Positions 62,856 to 64,000 of a stretch of 64,000 nt of DNA are shown here, piece by piece. The position numbers and the translations under genes are program-made. The stretch covers positions 1,298 through 65,297 of the forward strand of contig CAKSQF010000002.1 of assembly GCA_934486825.1 (NCBI GenBank). Reading direction: 5' to 3'. The notes below the pieces were generated by a model, which saw only the letters and a program-made list of their open reading frames with translations, did no database searches and was not told the DNA's origin. The DNA comes from an uncultured Eubacteriales bacterium (GTDB lineage: Bacteria > Bacillota > Clostridia > Oscillospirales > CAG-272). How positions within the stretch are numbered: position 1 is the first letter of the stretch; each line of letters starts with the position of its first letter.

Positions 62856-64000
62856 TTATATTCGCTTAAACAGATGCTCGATCTCGTGTTTCGAGACCTC
62901 AATTGCAACCGGTCGCCCGTGCGGACAGCAGATAATTTCAGGATTGCTCTTCAGCGCACGGACCACCCAGTCGAGATTTTCGTCGCTGTCGTATTGTCCG
63001 GCTTTTATCGCCGCCTTGCAGGAGCCCTGATATAATGCCTCTTCGAAGAAGCTGTCCTTTGTTGATTCAATATCTCCGGTCCCGCCTGCAAGCCTGCCGG
63101 CAAGTGTTTCTATCATTGCGGTTGCTCTTTCCGCATCAAGCATTGACGGAATCGCGGTTATCGACATGTTCTTTCCGTTCATCGCGAACGCAAAACCGAC
63201 TTTTTCTATTTTTTCGCGATATGTTTCGACCGCGTCACATTCCTCGGGAGTCAGTGAGATTTCTATCGGTACAAGTAAAAGCTGACTGTTGCCGCTCTGC
63301 GCGCGCATGATTTTTTTCATCTGCTCAAAGAGAATACGCTCGTGCGCGGCGTGCTTGTCGATGACCATGACCTTGTTACCTGTTTCGACAAAAATGTATG
63401 TGCGGAAGGCGCACCCTATCATTCTGTAATCATCGGCTGAACTGCTGTTGACTCCGGAGGTCAGACTGAAATTGTAGCCTGCGGATGTCGGCTCCTTTTT
63501 TTCGGAGAGTTGTCTGTCTGTTTGAACTGTTTTCGTATCGTCGGTGTCGGTCACCTGCGGAGAATGCAGATCGGTGTCGGTATTTGCGGCAGGTATCGGC
63601 TTGTCTGGCACTCTGTCGTCAGCGCTTTCGTCCGAATACATGCTGTAAAGCTCCGGAATTATGCGACCGCGTTGTGCCGATTCCGGCGGAGCATCCGAGT
63701 CTGAGGGCGGCGGGGATGCCAATCCGACGTCCTGTAAAAGCAGATCGGATACCGGTACGCTCCCGGAGCTGTTTTGCCCGTCCGACTGCGGAAGCTCGTC
63801 GGTAAGATGAATACTGTCGAAAATCTGCTGTTGGTTGAGTTTTTTTGCCTCCGAATCGGCAATTCTGTCGTAAACAGGCACGAATGCGTTGTACATGCTG
63901 TGTTGATCGGGCGTCATCTGCTCCGGCTCAAACAGTACCTGCGGTCTGTCGGTGGCTTGCATAAGCGCATTTCTGACGGCACAGAATATGCTGTCAAAAA
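62856..64000 (-). CDS. mutL: DNA mismatch repair protein MutL, C-terminal part (the 5' end lies beyond the window)
   Basis: C-terminal dimerisation domain: GCAFRTYIFVETGNKVMVIDKHAAHERILFEQ and ...ICCPHGRPV. The frame stays open to base 64000. Confidence 0.85.
   Translation of the reverse strand, partial: FDSIFCAVRNALMQATDRPQVLFEPEQMTPDQHSMYNAFVPVYDRIADSEAKKLNQQQIFDSIHLTDELPQSDGQNSSGSVPVSDLLLQDVGLASPPPSDSDAPPESAQRGRIIPELYSMYSDESADDRVPDKPIPAANTDTDLHSPQVTDTDDTKTVQTDRQLSEKKEPTSAGYNFSLTSGVNSSSADDYRMIGCAFRTYIFVETGNKVMVIDKHAAHERILFEQMKKIMRAQSGNSQLLLVPIEISLTPEECDAVETYREKIEKVGFAFAMNGKNMSITAIPSMLDAERATAMIETLAGRLAGGTGDIESTKDSFFEEALYQGSCKAAIKAGQYDSDENLDWVVRALKSNPEIICCPHGRPVAIEVSKHEIEHLFKRI

Noticed and set aside
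1-64000. Screen for CRISPR arrays, tRNA/rRNA genes, IS elements, integrases, toxin-antitoxin pairs or defence-island signatures
   Set aside because: I saw no regularly spaced repeats, no transposase or integrase motifs, no tRNA-like cloverleaf regions in the intergenic gaps and no compositional island. The window reads as core chromosome.

Overview
The window looks like core chromosome of a Firmicutes/Clostridia-type bacterium. This is inferred from a type-A RNase P RNA, IreB, SLH repeats, a (S/P)PXTG sorting signal, many lipobox proteins and GGAGG-type ribosome-binding sites. It is densely coding, with about 60 genes on both strands and strong hairpin terminators between convergent genes. 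I saw no rRNA, tRNA, CRISPR array, transposase, integrase or phage gene.

Recognisable housekeeping genes:
- Translation and RNA modification: metG, argS, typA, ffh, rpsP, ylxM, tgt, dusB, mtaB, rsuA, two RluA-family synthases and rnpB.
- Cell envelope: murA, alr, lnt, an Amidase_3 enzyme and a PBP5-like protein.
- Metabolism: argG-argH with ARG boxes, ribF, hpt, malQ, an MsmK-like ATPase, trxA, yajC, mntP and part of mutL.

I found no clear-cut new system. The items most worth a second look:
- a GLUG-motif surface-protein gene split by a single in-frame TAA;
- a PBP5/DacF homologue that appears to lack all catalytic motif residues;
- a translationally coupled five-gene envelope operon (GtrA, phosphodiester glycosidase, CPBP protease, two unknown membrane proteins);
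- a divergent redox/sulfur locus (mini FTR-like protein plus thioredoxin, facing DUF3343 plus a cysteine desulfurase) sharing a perfect Rex/Crp-like palindrome;
- PadR/DUF4097 and ApbE/NusG-II/Gx modules;
- rnpB directly abutting dusB.

All family assignments come from reading motifs by eye. No database search was run.
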